Source: Pseudogymnoascus verrucosus
Lineage: Eukaryota
NCBI GenBank assembly: GCA_001662655.1
Contig: KV460233.1
Direction: 5' to 3' (one strand)
DNA: 64,000 nt
Below are positions 1-12,421 of the stretch, one piece after another; within the stretch, counting starts at the first letter, position 1, and each line of letters begins with the position of its first letter. A program made the translations under genes and the position numbers. The notes beneath the pieces were generated by a model. The model made no database searches. It was not told the DNA's origin and worked only from the letters and a program-made list of their open reading frames with translations.

Positions 1-495
1 GCCTCGACGCGCCAAGAAGGTCATAGCTCCGCCCCGCCAACGCCACCCACCTTCAACAAACTTTCGAACGTCATCCAAGTTGCTGGCTATGAAGGAAGTC
101 ACCAACACGCTTTTATCTATTATCCTTATATTTTTTGAGAATATGTATAGGAGACACATCGGATTGAATGTAGATACTGATAATTATATCTTGGGATCTC
201 TCTCTCCTATTTACTTTTTCGTGTATTACGCTCCAATGAAGTTAATTTGTATGATAATCACAATCATTGGCTTTCTCAAAGATTCCTCGTCCAATAGGCT
301 TTATATGAGACATTTTTTTAAATTTTACTTTTAGCTAATAATAATCATTGAAGCAGGTTCATCTATCTAACCCAACTCCCAGCCCAGCCTTCACTCGTTG
401 CCGCATGAAAGCTGTCCATTTAGTCTCTCATCTCTCATATTTATATAATTATATAAACTGCACTCCGATACACCCCGTTCCAACCCACAAACTAA

Positions 496-3400
496 CTATA
501 TAGTTTCCCATCCTCCATTGTTGATATCCTGTTCCAGCTTCCGGCTAATTACACTGGGAATTCCGTGCTGAAGCCACGTGTTCCTCAATAATGCATCATA
601 ACGCTTCTGATGGAGGTGAAGCTGTCGTCCATGGCGGAGACCTGGATCAACCTCGCCGAATTTGTCAATGTACGGTGCCACCATCCAGCTGCCAGAGTTA
701 TGATGTAGGTAAAAGACTGTGCACTTCCGAATATTAATGAAGAGGCCAATGTGAATTTGGCACCTAAAGCACGTTACTAATGTTTCACAAAAATGTATGC
801 GGACACTACTTACTTCCTCATGTGCTGTTGTGCACCACCAATCTTGGCAGAAGGTTTGCCTCTCGTCTTGGGTTCTTCTTTCAGGCAGCACATTGCTTGA
901 CCGCAAAAGATTGTACCGCAGAATAAACAAAGCATGGGGTCTGTAAGATCTTTGCCGGTGGTCGGGCAGCGTCCTTTCATTGTCTCCTCCATCAGCGTAT
1001 CGTAGTTCTTGGGCAATCCGATAAGCTCGAAAATGGTAGGATGAGAAACAGAGATGTCTTTGGCCTTTTGGTCGGATTTTCCCTCTTCGGGAGTATTCTT
1101 TGTTTGCCAAGCGAAGTGGGCATGAATCCACCCCCAAATAATGTGTTGCGTGGTGGAGATATCATCGTATGACAAGTTATCGTCATTGTCAATGATATCG
1201 TCTATCTTGGCTGTGCTCTTTTGGCCAATAAGGTCACATATCTCGTCAAACGAAGGCAGTCGTAGGGCCTCAGAAAGACGTCCCAACTCATCATCAGAAT
1301 TATGGGGGAAGAAGCTGTTGAAATCCGTCCCATATCGAATATACAGTAACAGAGATGCTTTGCGGAGGAACACAAGAGCGTACTTCTTCACGAATTCCTT
1401 GCAGTCATCAATGCCGCTGAAGCACTCTTGATCAAATCCTTCCAACTTATCATCGGACTCTTCGAAGGGCTGCGCATTGCCCAAGCCTAGCATAACCCTG
1501 TGCCTCATATCTAGCTTTGTGATATATGAGCAAGCACGTTGGAACGAGTTATCCTCTTGAGCTTCCTGGTCATTGAGAAGGCCAGCCCAAGACAGCCACT
1601 TCGCGGCGGGTGTGTTGCGTGCCATGGCCAAAACCACCTTGACAATCTCCGCAACGTAGCAAAGACGTAAAATATGCATAATATCAAGGTCGAGAACCGG
1701 AGCCAAGCAGAGCGATGTTTCCGTGAGGAAGTTGAAAATGTCACAGTTGAACAACGGATAGTGGTCTCTCTCCTCAGAATGCGACCTCAATGCTTGAGGG
1801 TATCCGCAGAAAAGCTGTTCAAGTTGGCGATCATAGGCATTCGTGAATGCAGCTGCTGTCGGGTTGTTGCCGTCGTTCTTCAACCCTCCAATGGCTACGT
1901 AAGAAGCCGCCGTCTCTGAAAGAATTCGTAAATGAGTCAGGCTCTGTTGTGGAACCTTCTCTATGAAAGTTGAACCGCTCTCTGAATCAACGCCGCGCTG
2001 CAGGATTTCTACGGCGGAAATCGAGAACCCAAGAGCCTGGGCCACAGTGTCCCCTGCGTAAAAGGCGTCTGCGCCTTCTGGACGCGGCTCTGGAATCTCC
2101 CGACTAATCAACTTGTTTCTCACTATGGTGTCGGACAGGCGACGGAATATGCTGACGAGTTCTATCAACCCATGATCGGCAGTGCTGGTTTGTGGCGGGG
2201 TAACGTTTGGTAGCTCAAGAGCGGCATCAGGAGGGAATGCGCCCGGCAGTCTTCGCATTGGCGCTCTGTTTGCCTGCAGTATGTTAAGGGCGTTATCTGG
2301 TAGAGATATTGGAGACGAAGGTACAGCCTCCCACGCTTCGTCTAGATTAGGCATTTTGCTTGACAACGACTGGACTACATTTTCTTGGATGTAGTTAAGA
2401 AACATGTCTCGGTAACGAGACCCAGGAAACTCTCCGTCACCAAGTGGTGCAGCGCTCTTTTCCTGCCTTTTAACGGCAGAGGGCAGAAGGGAATCAAGCC
2501 ACTCGTCATATGGCGCAGAAGTATTTACAAGTCCCGGATACGACTCCTCTTTCCCACGCCAAATGATTGGAAGGAACGCATTGCCTTGGGCTTTGCATAG
2601 TGGGCAGACAAACTCGTTGAGGTCAAGCCTCTCGGGATGGTGTCTAGCGATCTGATGACTCTGTCGTCGGGACGAAGCCTCGTAATATAACTCGAAGCAC
2701 TTGTAATGCATAATGTGTCCGCAGCCAACGGACACTGGGCCAAGCTTCATAGATTTCGAGGGGAAGCCCTTGCCTATCGTCTGTCTCTCACTAAGAACCT
2801 CCTGACCATTGGTAGCAATTTTGTGCACAACATGCCTGTTCTGACCGGAAACGCCAAATGGCCTGATTGCCTCAGCAGAACGGTCAAGGTTAGCAGGCAC
2901 GCTCGCAACTTCTTTGACAAAATCTTGATCCGAGAAGTCTGTTTGACGCAGAATACCACTCTCTTCCATCATAGCGAAAGTACCATATGGCTTATTGTCA
3001 TTCGTATCTTCTTGGCAAAGAATGCAGTTGCCAGACGGATATTGCCAGTTGTTCTTACGCTCTTCAGCTTGCACGTCCATATCCTCGTCGCTTAAATCTT
3101 CTTGGGCCCAGTCGGCGTCACCTTGATTGCTGAGGAAGTTCTTTTGTTGTTGCTGGAACTGAGCCATGACCTTTGCTTGCCTCTCAAGTGCTGCTTTCTT
3201 CTTCTTATCCCGCTCCTCATCTGGATTCGCGATGGCTGGAGATGCTGTGGATACTCTGTCAACAGAAGCTCCAAGTTTTGCAAAGGCACTCTCAAAGCCC
3301 CGAGGCCTCTTTTGCCTCATTCTCTTCAAAACCAGGCTAATTTTAGGATGGCAGGATTTAAATGCCTCTCTGGTTGACATAATTTCCAAGATGGAAACTA

Positions 3401-6400
3401 TAGTCTTCGCATGAGGTGCATCATTCATGAAATTGCTCCTCGCATTCCTTGTCAACGCAATGTAAACGAAGGATTGGAGAGCCTCTTCCGACATGTCGTC
3501 TTCTTCAGTGTTATCTTCTGCAATTGAAACAAGGACCAAGTGCAAAACCACATGGAGGAAAGCCTCTACCCTTGTGGCAGGTACAGTTGGAGTGAGTTCC
3601 TGTGATTTCAAGGGATATAACAACGAGTAATAAATGATCTGAGCAAATATTCCAGTCTTCGTGAAAGCAGCCAAATCCGTGAAGATACCCGACTCGATAG
3701 GGCGAAGCTTCGATTCAAACACGACGTCGGCCGCTGGTCGTCCGGTTTTCTTGGATACCCAGTTGCGATACGCAGTTTCCGACTCTTCTCTTTGGTTTTT
3801 GTTATAGTGCGCAATGTAAGGGTCAATTTCTTTCAGAAATTGTTCTTGTAGTTCAAACGTTCCAACATCAGAGAGTCCCTCGGGCGCTTTGAATATCGTC
3901 ATTTCGTCCAAGAGATCCTGGCATTCTTCTTGTTCTTGGAACTTATCCGGCAATTTGCTACAGATCTCTGAGAACGACAATGGTTTGAAGCAAAGGACAT
4001 GCACAATATCGCGTCTCAGGGCAACCGTATGTGGGTTGGGCTCGGTCTCGATAGGAACCAACGACGTCCTATCGCAGAGCAATACAATGAGAAGGTGTAT
4101 CATATCTTCTGCAACATCGAGTTGCTGTTGATGGTCTAGGACATCGGAGTTCTGTTCATAGATACCCTTCATCCACATTTCCAACCCGTATCTATCAATC
4201 ATTGATGCCAATACACGACTCGGCGAGCAAATGACCATGGCGGTTTGTAGTAGGAATAAGTCTCGATGGTGAGTTACGTCTCGTTGGGTAACCCCTCGGT
4301 ATGTGCCAGCCTGATGGCGAAGGCTCATACCATTGCGAACCCACATACTAGCCTTCATCTGCGCCAACCATGCGCAAACTCGAAGTGGATAGTCGAATGC
4401 TGCCATGAGTAAATCTTCCGAGTTATACTCGTTGGATGGCATAAGTCGCTGGCCCATAAGCTTTGGCTTTTGCATTAAGCCATCTTGAGTAAAAGTAAGT
4501 AGGTTTGAAAGCTCATCGCGAGACATGCTCTTGCCGCACTCAATGAGCCATGATAGCGTGTAATGCAGCGCATGATGGAAACTGATTGGCTGATCTTCGA
4601 CGACGAACTTGATAACACTGTGTTCGCCAGTCTCCGAGGTATCAAACTCATAATCTGCAACTGTTTTGAACTTCACTTCTTCTTTAATCTCAGAGCCTTC
4701 AAACCGTCTACGCTCTAAGCCCAGCGAGTTTATGATGACTGTATTCGCTGAGAAACGAATGGCCCTAGAAATAGCAGACATATCTTCGCCCAGCTTCCAC
4801 TTGAAAGACTCCGAGAACTGACGGCATAGGCGGTTGATCTCTCTAGTCACTAGAGAGGCGCTTATCCAAGCATCAGTCTCGTACTCGAGATGGTCGCCTA
4901 CGGCTCTGACATTGGGACATATTCCTTGATGAAGCTTGACGAGGTCGAGGAATTGCATCATGTATCTCTCATCTGTTCGGAGCCTTTCATGAACATGTGG
5001 CGCATTGAAAAGATAGCGAAGATCCATGAAAAAGTGATACATCCGGCGGTTGGTCACAGAACCAGTCTCAAACTTGAGAACGGCATTCGGATTAATCTCA
5101 ATTGGCGGCGCAACTTGCCTAGCGGTTAGGAACGTAAATAATATAGACATCAGATGTGTCAAGAAGTTCCCTCTCTCGACAATTTCTGACGTGATGGATG
5201 GCGTCGTGAGCATCTGCAACGAGATATTGATTATCGAGTAATCAGGCTCGCGATCAGCAATTAGATACAGCTGCGCCAAGAGAGTATATAACCCAGCAAA
5301 GCGAAGTCCCAGTACACGTTTAAACTCAGGGATTGTGACGACGGTAGAAATGTAAAGGTCACGGAGATCGACCCGAACCTTTTTCCACATCCGTAAGTCG
5401 AAGAGGATCATCCAGTCAAGTCTTACACGCTGCCAAAGATCTTCATGTAGCGGTATAGACTCCCTATCATTGAACGCTTCTGGTGTCTCAAGCCAGTATC
5501 TCGGTGGCCTTCCAACCTTCTCAGGTCTAGCATGCTTCGTACCTGGGGTTTTGGGGATATCCATATTGGCTTTGGCATAGATCGAAGATGTTATTAACGG
5601 CTCTGCCATATCCGAATCCGACGGAGTGGTTTCACGATCCATTAGAACTCTCTGGGTGTCTAAACCTGGAGGTGGCGGTGGTGGAGGAGGAGGCGGCGGC
5701 GGGTATCCAGCCATAGTGGCTTCATCTGCCTCTTGCGCTGATGCATCATCTGTCATCTCGACATCTCCATCTTGATCGCCACCCGCCTGTGCCTCAACTA
5801 GCATGACGTCCATAATTGTTTGAAGTTCTTCTTCGTCCACATCTTCACCCTCACTCAATTCACCTCCATCTCCGTCTTCGTCTTCGTCCTCCGAACTTTC
5901 TACTCCTGCTCGTTCAGCTTCCGCCATAGCGGCCTCCAGACGTATGATCTGTATATTCCGCGGCCCTAATAGCATCATTCTAGTTTCTTTTTCTTTTGCT
6001 TGGTCTTCAATTTCTAGGTCGTCAATACCGCTCTTGCCGATTTCTGCGTTGACAGCCTCACTTCCCGTTCGCCAAGATTTGAGCATTTCCTCGCATACAA
6101 CGTGTCGTAGGATATTGTGGTCTCCACCGACGCTGCAGCCCGATATATCTCCAAGCCACTGTATAATTGTCCCGCACATCTGTTCCCGGAATGTATCCCG
6201 AGCAGAGCGGATGCTAACCGTAACTTTGATGTGCTCGATGACCTCCGCGACGGCAAGTAATTCGTTGATATCGAAACTGTACTTCACAATAGCCCGTCCC
6301 ATGTCGTCAGTTTCGTAGGCTCGTTGCAACCCTTCCGCTACCCTGACTTTGCAGGCCCGAGAGACTTGCAGGCTAACCTCCTCCACCGTATGCTTTTCGT

Positions 6401-7235
6401 CATTCCACAATATCAGGGCGTACTCAATAGGCTCTTCGACTATATCCCCCCGGTAGTAAGGGGATGTGAGGCGGGACATTCGCTCATCGAGTTTGATGCT
6501 ATCAACCGTTTTAGGGAGTCGTAGGTGTTCTGGCGAACAGGATATAACATCGCATACGTAGTCGAAAGCTCGGCCAATGGTCATCCGTATGCTTTCAATA
6601 AGTTCATCAGGCAGTCCAGACGCCTCTTTTGATTTCCCAGACCTTTTTGCTTCATGCTCGCTCTCGCTATGTATCGTGCAGTGAACATTGCGTTTCCATG
6701 CCTCAGGGTCGCCACAATCGCAGCAGCCGCTGTTTCCAGGGGATATGCTAATATACACCATGTGGCCCGTATGATCAGAAGAATCGTAGCATCTACTGCA
6801 AAGAACGCAGGTATCATCTGCGCTGCACGTCTTGCATCTGTATGTTGCCTCGCCACTCTTGAAGATATGACCGCAAGCCTTGCCCCTCGCCGCCTCTGTA
6901 TATTCTGCTCCATCCACGGCGCCTTGAGCTCCCCGAAGCTCCCATTTCTCGTTTGGTGCAGGTTGACGTCCCTCAGGAAAGAAGAGTCGCATATACTTGT
7001 CCTGGCCGCCTGCTAAAGACCAGAAGAGGTTATAAAGAAGGTCGTTGCTTGCGGATTCGTCATAGCGGTTCTTCTTCACCCGCGGCAAGTCTCTAAAAAA
7101 CTCGCAGAGCTGTCGCTCCTGTGTCGACATTCCAATCGCTGCCATCGATGCTATCCCATGTGCTTTATGGGCAGCTGCAGCTTCATTTCTTTGTGGTGTG
7201 GTGATGTTTTGTTTCCTCGTGGTTGCCACCAACAT
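496..7235 (-). CDS. UBR1: N-end rule E3 ubiquitin ligase (UBR box, ClpS-like domain, RING-H2 variant)
   Basis: UBR box CGHIFKSGEATYRCKTC...CCDCGDPEAW; ClpS-like LWNDEKHT; RING CILC...CGHIMHYKC...CPLC. Exons 7235-814 and 763-496 (intron GTAAGT..TAG). A probable 5'UTR intron 7302-7236 abuts the ATG; the true start could be the downstream MAAIGMS. Confidence 0.95.
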
Positions 7236-7709
7236 CTACGATAACGATAAGGAAGGGTTAGTGGGTGTTGGGCTCAAGCTGTTGTGTGCGTCACGACCTA
7301 CGACACTCCTTGGCTTTAAATCACGGTATATTGCAGGAACAGAATGGCAAGTACGGTGTCAGAAAATAAATTCAGATCAGGCCTGTCGTGTATATAATAT
7401 TCTCACTATATAGTCACTTTTCCCCAGGTCACAATAGTAAGAGGCGAAACTATGGCGTTTTGTAATGTTTCAGTCCAAATATTAGGTAAGCTGTCATTGA
7501 ATTGGCCCGCCTGCCATTTGAGCCTCTGAGTGGCCGCATAAGTCCAAAGTCAGTATCACCATTCGGATCCCATGGGAGACGCAGATTTTGAGAAAGTTTG
7601 CCAATAGCGCAATGCAATATTTGTACATTCGATCCCCAGGTCTACTCGCTTCACAGTCTATTGTTCGCTATTATCGATTCCTTCCTTGCTTGTCCCCATT
7701 GGCTCGACT

Positions 7710-8150
7710 TTACTCCTCGTCGCCAGCCTCGACATACTTTGCGCGGATGTCCTTCCATTGTCTCTGTAAATGTTCATTAGTTACTGCCGTAGAATGCCCC
7801 GAGCGGTGTGGTAACATACGCCCTTGTTGATCTTATCCCAGAGCGAGTCGGTAACGGAGTCGAAGGTCCTGTCCATCCATTAGCAGCTGTTGTAATTCCC
7901 CGTCCACGTTCCACGGAGTGCTCACATCTCGAAAGCGAAAGCGCCAGCGAAGACCGTTCCGAGGAAGACATAATTCCTGCGGACGAAGAGGCTAGACGTG
8001 TGTTAGAAGAGGCGGTTCGATTCAATTGCCGGTTCGAGGGCATCGCGAGAGGGGGACTTGCTTGTAGAAGTTCTTTCCGATCTGTGGACAGAGTCATTAG
8101 CTATTGCTCAGTTATAAATCTGCGCGCGGATTAATACTCACAGCCGACAT
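7710..8150 (-). CDS. QCR9: Cytochrome b-c1 complex subunit 9 (65 aa, 5 exons)
   Basis: Exons 8150-8142, 8081-8062, 7991-7926, 7868-7820 and 7763-7710 splice to MSAIGKNFYNLFVRRNYVFLGTVFAGAFAFEMTFDSVTDSLWDKINKGRQWKDIRAKYVEAGDEE, with the Qcr9 W..INKGRQWKDI signature. Intron 2 has a GC donor. Confidence 0.93.
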
Positions 8151-8433
8151 TGTGACGTTTGAAGCGTTGCGTTCAATTGGTTATGTGGACAAGAGAGGCT
8201 GTAGAAGCTGTTGTCGTGAAGATGTTCGGCCATTGACTTCTTTGCTTCCGGGTATTACCGGGCTTGTGATTGGCTGCTGATTAACACCACCACGATCGAA
8301 CAGCGCAGCCTCATGGTCTAAAACTTTAGTTTGAAGATCAGGCACAACTATTCCGGACCAGTAAATATCGCAGCACAACAAAGAATTAAATACAAATTTC
8401 CATTGTATGCGTTCGCGCATGGTATAAGATACC

Positions 8434-9048
8434 ATGCCGTCTGTTCCGACTCCCTCCAAAGCTGGGATTATCGAGGACGCATCTGGAGACCGCCACATTC
8501 CCTCGTCAACACGAGCCGACGGTTCCAAGCGCAAAGAAATCAAGATTAGGCCCGGTTATAAGCCTCCGGAGGATGTTGAAGTTTACAAGAACCAGACGGC
8601 TGCGGGCTTTCGGGCCAGGGGACAGGGTGGAGTACCCGGCGCAGCTGCATTGAAGAAGGAGGAACCGGAGTCCGCAGCTGCGAGCAATAAGAATTCGAAA
8701 CGACGAGAGGCAAGAAGGAAGGCTGCTGCCACTGCGACGTCTTCAACCAATCCTGAGACGGAAGCCCGCACGGAAACAAACTGGAGACAACCCGCAACCA
8801 ACCAACCTGAGGCCGCAGCGGAAGAGACAGTTGACCCAGAAGCTGAGCGAGAAAAGAAGGCACGGAACCTGAAGAAGAAGCTCAAGCAGGCAAAAGATCT
8901 GAAGGAAAAGAAGGAAGGTGGCGCGGCCTTGCTTCCGGAGCAATTTGCGAAGGTGATAAAGATCAACGAGCTTATCCGAGAGCTGGATGCCCTTGGTTTC
9001 GGTCCAGAAGGAGAACCCAAGGAAGTCGAGGCGAAGGCGGAAAAATGA
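8434..9048 (+). CDS. PYM1: Partner of Y14-Mago (PYM/Wibg), exon-junction-complex-binding protein
   Basis: N-terminal Mago-binding motif IPSSTRADGSKRKEIKIRPGYKPPEDV; C-terminal coiled coil KKARNLKKKLKQA...LLPEQFAKV. Confidence 0.85.
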   Translation: MPSVPTPSKAGIIEDASGDRHIPSSTRADGSKRKEIKIRPGYKPPEDVEVYKNQTAAGFRARGQGGVPGAAALKKEEPESAAASNKNSKRREARRKAAATATSSTNPETEARTETNWRQPATNQPEAAAEETVDPEAEREKKARNLKKKLKQAKDLKEKKEGGAALLPEQFAKVIKINELIRELDALGFGPEGEPKEVEAKAEK

Positions 9049-9216
9049 TTACTCTGAGTTTTAAATTACGGATGTTACATTCATGAGGGCGTTGGACATG
9101 TTTTGGCTGGGTTTCGGTGTTATAAACTGGGTTGGCGTCAAATGTTATAGACCACGATGAGCATGCAACCACACGTGGGTGTCAGTCTGGCCTAGATGTA
9201 GCTAATATTTCAATCG

Positions 9217-10797
9217 CTAAAGCAACTCATCCTTCGGCCTAGAAGGAAGTTCTTGCAGGGTATCATCTTCCATATTAACTTCAACATCCATCGATTCTCC
9301 AGCCGTGATCCGCTCCCCTGCATCCACGTCGACAAGCCCGTTTGTACCTCCTCCACCTTCTTTGCTTCCACCTCTGGCAGCACCTTCATCTTGGAAACCT
9401 CCCCTTCCCGTGGGTGAATCTTCCGACCTTGAGCCATGTTGCTTGTCCAATCCATTCAACAAGGAATTGGACGTTTCCTCATCGTCTTCATTGATCCATA
9501 CTTTGATCTTCCTGTCTAGCCCACAGCTGACAATCCTGCCACTTGCTGGGTGCGTGTCGACGCTCAGCACAACTCCGTCGTGCGCATCAAGTTTCTGAAG
9601 AATCTCTTTACTCTTTGCGTCCCAAAAGACTATCTTTCCATCTTCGCTTCCAGACACAATAAAAGCCTCCGAGCCGTAAACACCGAATGCCCCGGAGATA
9701 CTGTATCTTTTGTTCACGTGCCCCTGATAAGTCTTCTTGCAAAGGCCCGTCACGTAGTCCCAAAGCCGTATGCACCCATCGAGTGTCCACGCAAGAACAT
9801 GTTTTCCATTTGGTGAGAACTTCACGCTCACAACACCAGCATTGTCTTCGTGCACTATTGTTCTTAGACATTGGCCAGATGCGGTATCCCATATCCGAAT
9901 AAGTCCATCGCCAGCGCAAGAAACAACCAACGTCCCATCTCGAATGCAATCGACTCCAGCGACAGGGTCGGAGTGTGCTGGCAAGCTTCGCATTTGGCGC
10001 CCTGCGCGGACATCCCACAGAAAGACCGCTTCGTCGAATGACCCACTGACAAGCACATTCCCCTTGGGAGAAAATGCTATCGAATAAACGTAATTGTGGT
10101 GGCCTTTCCAAGGTTTTGGATGTGGTTTCCCGGTGGTCACGTCCCACAGCCGTATCGTCTTATCGTCAGAACCAGATGCAATAGTCTGTGAATCAGGGCT
10201 CCATGAAACCGTTGATATTCCGGCAAGGTGTCCTATCAATTCATGGACAAGATTGCCTGTTGATGCTTCCCATATCTTTATAGTTGCATCGGCAGAGGCA
10301 CTTGCGATCCACTGTCCGTCTGGTGAGAACGCCACCTGCGAGATGCCTCTCTCATGGCCATCCAATTCGTATTTAAGCCTGTATCGAACTTGTGGTAATC
10401 GCTCCTCTCGATTTTTTAGATCTGCTTCTTCATTGTTGTCGTGGATCTCTGTCGAACTTGGTGTTTGAGAAGGCGATACAGATTCGGACTGGCTTTGGTG
10501 GTCATGATTGCTCTCAATATCCTCTTCGTCGGCGTAGAAAGTATGAGCTAACTCATCATGGCTTGGACTCCTATCATGACTGGATTCTGCGGCGGCTTTG
10601 CGCCGGCTTGTATTGCCTTTATTGGTGTTCAACCGCGAGTCCCTCCTTGCGGCTTGGTGATGTTCGTCGACATTTGCGGCAAGCTCATCTGGGGAGCTGT
10701 ATCTCGGCGTAGCAGTACCATCGTTGGAAAGCCGTCGCCTCTTCACAGACCGGTCCGTATCCATAGGCGTGGTGGCGTATGAGTCGTCATCGGACAT
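9217..10797 (-). CDS. SWD3: WD40-repeat protein, WDR5/Swd3 (COMPASS) family
   Basis: Seven WD40 repeats closely resembling WDR5 (SASADATIKIW, SGSFDEAVFLWDV, AHSDPVAGV, CLRTIV). ATG at 10797 (MSDDDS). Confidence 0.85.
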   Translation of the reverse strand: MSDDDSYATTPMDTDRSVKRRRLSNDGTATPRYSSPDELAANVDEHHQAARRDSRLNTNKGNTSRRKAAAESSHDRSPSHDELAHTFYADEEDIESNHDHQSQSESVSPSQTPSSTEIHDNNEEADLKNREERLPQVRYRLKYELDGHERGISQVAFSPDGQWIASASADATIKIWEASTGNLVHELIGHLAGISTVSWSPDSQTIASGSDDKTIRLWDVTTGKPHPKPWKGHHNYVYSIAFSPKGNVLVSGSFDEAVFLWDVRAGRQMRSLPAHSDPVAGVDCIRDGTLVVSCAGDGLIRIWDTASGQCLRTIVHEDNAGVVSVKFSPNGKHVLAWTLDGCIRLWDYVTGLCKKTYQGHVNKRYSISGAFGVYGSEAFIVSGSEDGKIVFWDAKSKEILQKLDAHDGVVLSVDTHPASGRIVSCGLDRKIKVWINEDDEETSNSLLNGLDKQHGSRSEDSPTGRGGFQDEGAARGGSKEGGGGTNGLVDVDAGERITAGESMDVEVNMEDDTLQELPSRPKDELL

Positions 10798-10839
10798 TGT
10801 GGGCGTTGCATTTGTAAATGTCGAGAAGAGGCTCAGCCT

Positions 10840-10902
10840 GATGCGTGCGGCGCGCTTCAAGCGAACGGTACCGCGTCTATGGCGCGACTAAGCGCGTTTA
10901 CG
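10840..10902. promoter_or_regulatory. Cluster of CGCG/MCB-like elements in the 174-bp SWD3-SLD5 divergent promoter
   Basis: GCGCGC, CCGCGT, GGCGCGA and AGCGCGT within about 55 bp upstream of the replication gene SLD5; consistent with MBF-type G1/S control (inference). Confidence 0.45.
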
Positions 10903-10971
10903 GATATGCAGGTGCACCACTCAGCGAAAACAGCAACAATAAACGTGATGCATAATTAAAAAGCATCGGCA

Positions 10972-11754
10972 ATGGATATTGATGATATTCTGAGAGAGGC
11001 GGACCCCGAGTATTACTCTACGCCTGGCGATGATGGGGATTTGGAGGCATTGACCAGGGCATGGGTAGCTGAACGCTCAGCTCCCGAGTTGTTGGAGTAT
11101 GTACCATACATCGTGACTGCGCCCAAGAAATACCAAAACTGGATTCTAATGAATGATTAATAGTTGGCCATCTAACGGCCTGATCGAGAGAGCCAATGAG
11201 AAGATTCAAAGGCAAATCGAGAAGGTCGAAGTCATGACCGGCGATATGGACCCCAAGACAAATTTTGGTCTCATTATCATCCAAACAGAACTGGAGAGGT
11301 GGAAGTACTTGGTGCGGGGATTTTTGAGAGCAAGGCTTGCCAAGGTATATTTTGTTGTGTCTTTATTAACTTTTGATACTAAACCTCTTTGCAGATTGAC
11401 AAGCACACACTTCACTATCTATCTTCGCCCTCTCTTAGATCACGGCTCTCGCCGTCGGAGATCTCATTTGCGACACGCCATCAAGCTCTTCTCCACGAGC
11501 ATTATCTTTCGTCTTTCTTGCAGTCATTTCCTCCCCAATTGAGGAATCTAGATGATACTGCGGGTGGAATCAGTATGGTCGACGCTCCTGAACTTGACAC
11601 AGCAGTCTTTATCAGGGCCCTGAAGGACTGTCTTGTTGGAACCCAAGGGGGAAATGCAGAAGATATGGTGGATGCTTTAGCTGGAGAAGTGCTGATTGCC
11701 AGGTGGGCGGATGTGAAACCTTTGGTGCTGAGCGGGGATGCGGAACTTGTTTGA
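10972..11754 (+). CDS. SLD5: GINS complex subunit Sld5
   Basis: Exons 10972-11096, 11164-11344 and 11395-11754; motifs [43 protein letters not shown]. Confidence 0.93.
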
Positions 11755-12421
11755 CCCAAATGAATTTCGATGCCTCCAAGAAAGGAGCAGCATGCGATTC
11801 CTGCAGTGGTTATGATATATTGTTCTCAGATGCTGCCTATAAGCGGGTTGTTTGATCACGTTTTGAGCAGGAAGGTACTATTCAATGCGGCGGGCCAAGG
11901 AGATTAGACTCTGGTCTCCACGTTGTAGTTTGAGATGGGCTAAATATATCAAAGGATTTGGAGCCCTGGCCTTAATCGGACAGAATAAACTGGCACTGTT
12001 ACGGAACACGTCAAAGGTTGGAATGCCGGCGGGCAATGTGAGCCAGATCACGAGTTTTGAGTTTAAGGCGTTGAGAGAGTTATGGGGGATGACCAGTTAA
12101 CGAGATCAAGATATACGGCTGTTATTGTTTGTCAATGTAGCCAGCTTGTAAAGAGACCTACTTGCGTTATGAGCTGGCAGTATATGGAAAGACTATAGAA
12201 TGAATAAAAGTATATTGGAAAACTACAGAGTGAAAACGTAGCAGTTTTAACTGAGTATTGTTAGACTCTCTTGTTCAACATGCCAGTCGCAATCTCCAAG
12301 AGTCCCATGGTTGATATTCAGTCATCTGTGGGTTTCTATAAGCGCTTATCAAGCGAACTTCTTTGTTCTATGCATAATATTTATATATGAGAGCAGAAGG
12401 TAGGCAATTACTTGCAACCCT

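Noticed and set aside
1..334. Open frame at the window edge (1-138) and an AT-rich 84-aa ORF
   Set aside because: Too short or truncated to identify; the AT-rich ORF looks like terminator sequence.
7777..8134. ORF-track proteins of 106 and 108 aa
   Set aside because: They overlap the spliced QCR9 gene, which explains the region.
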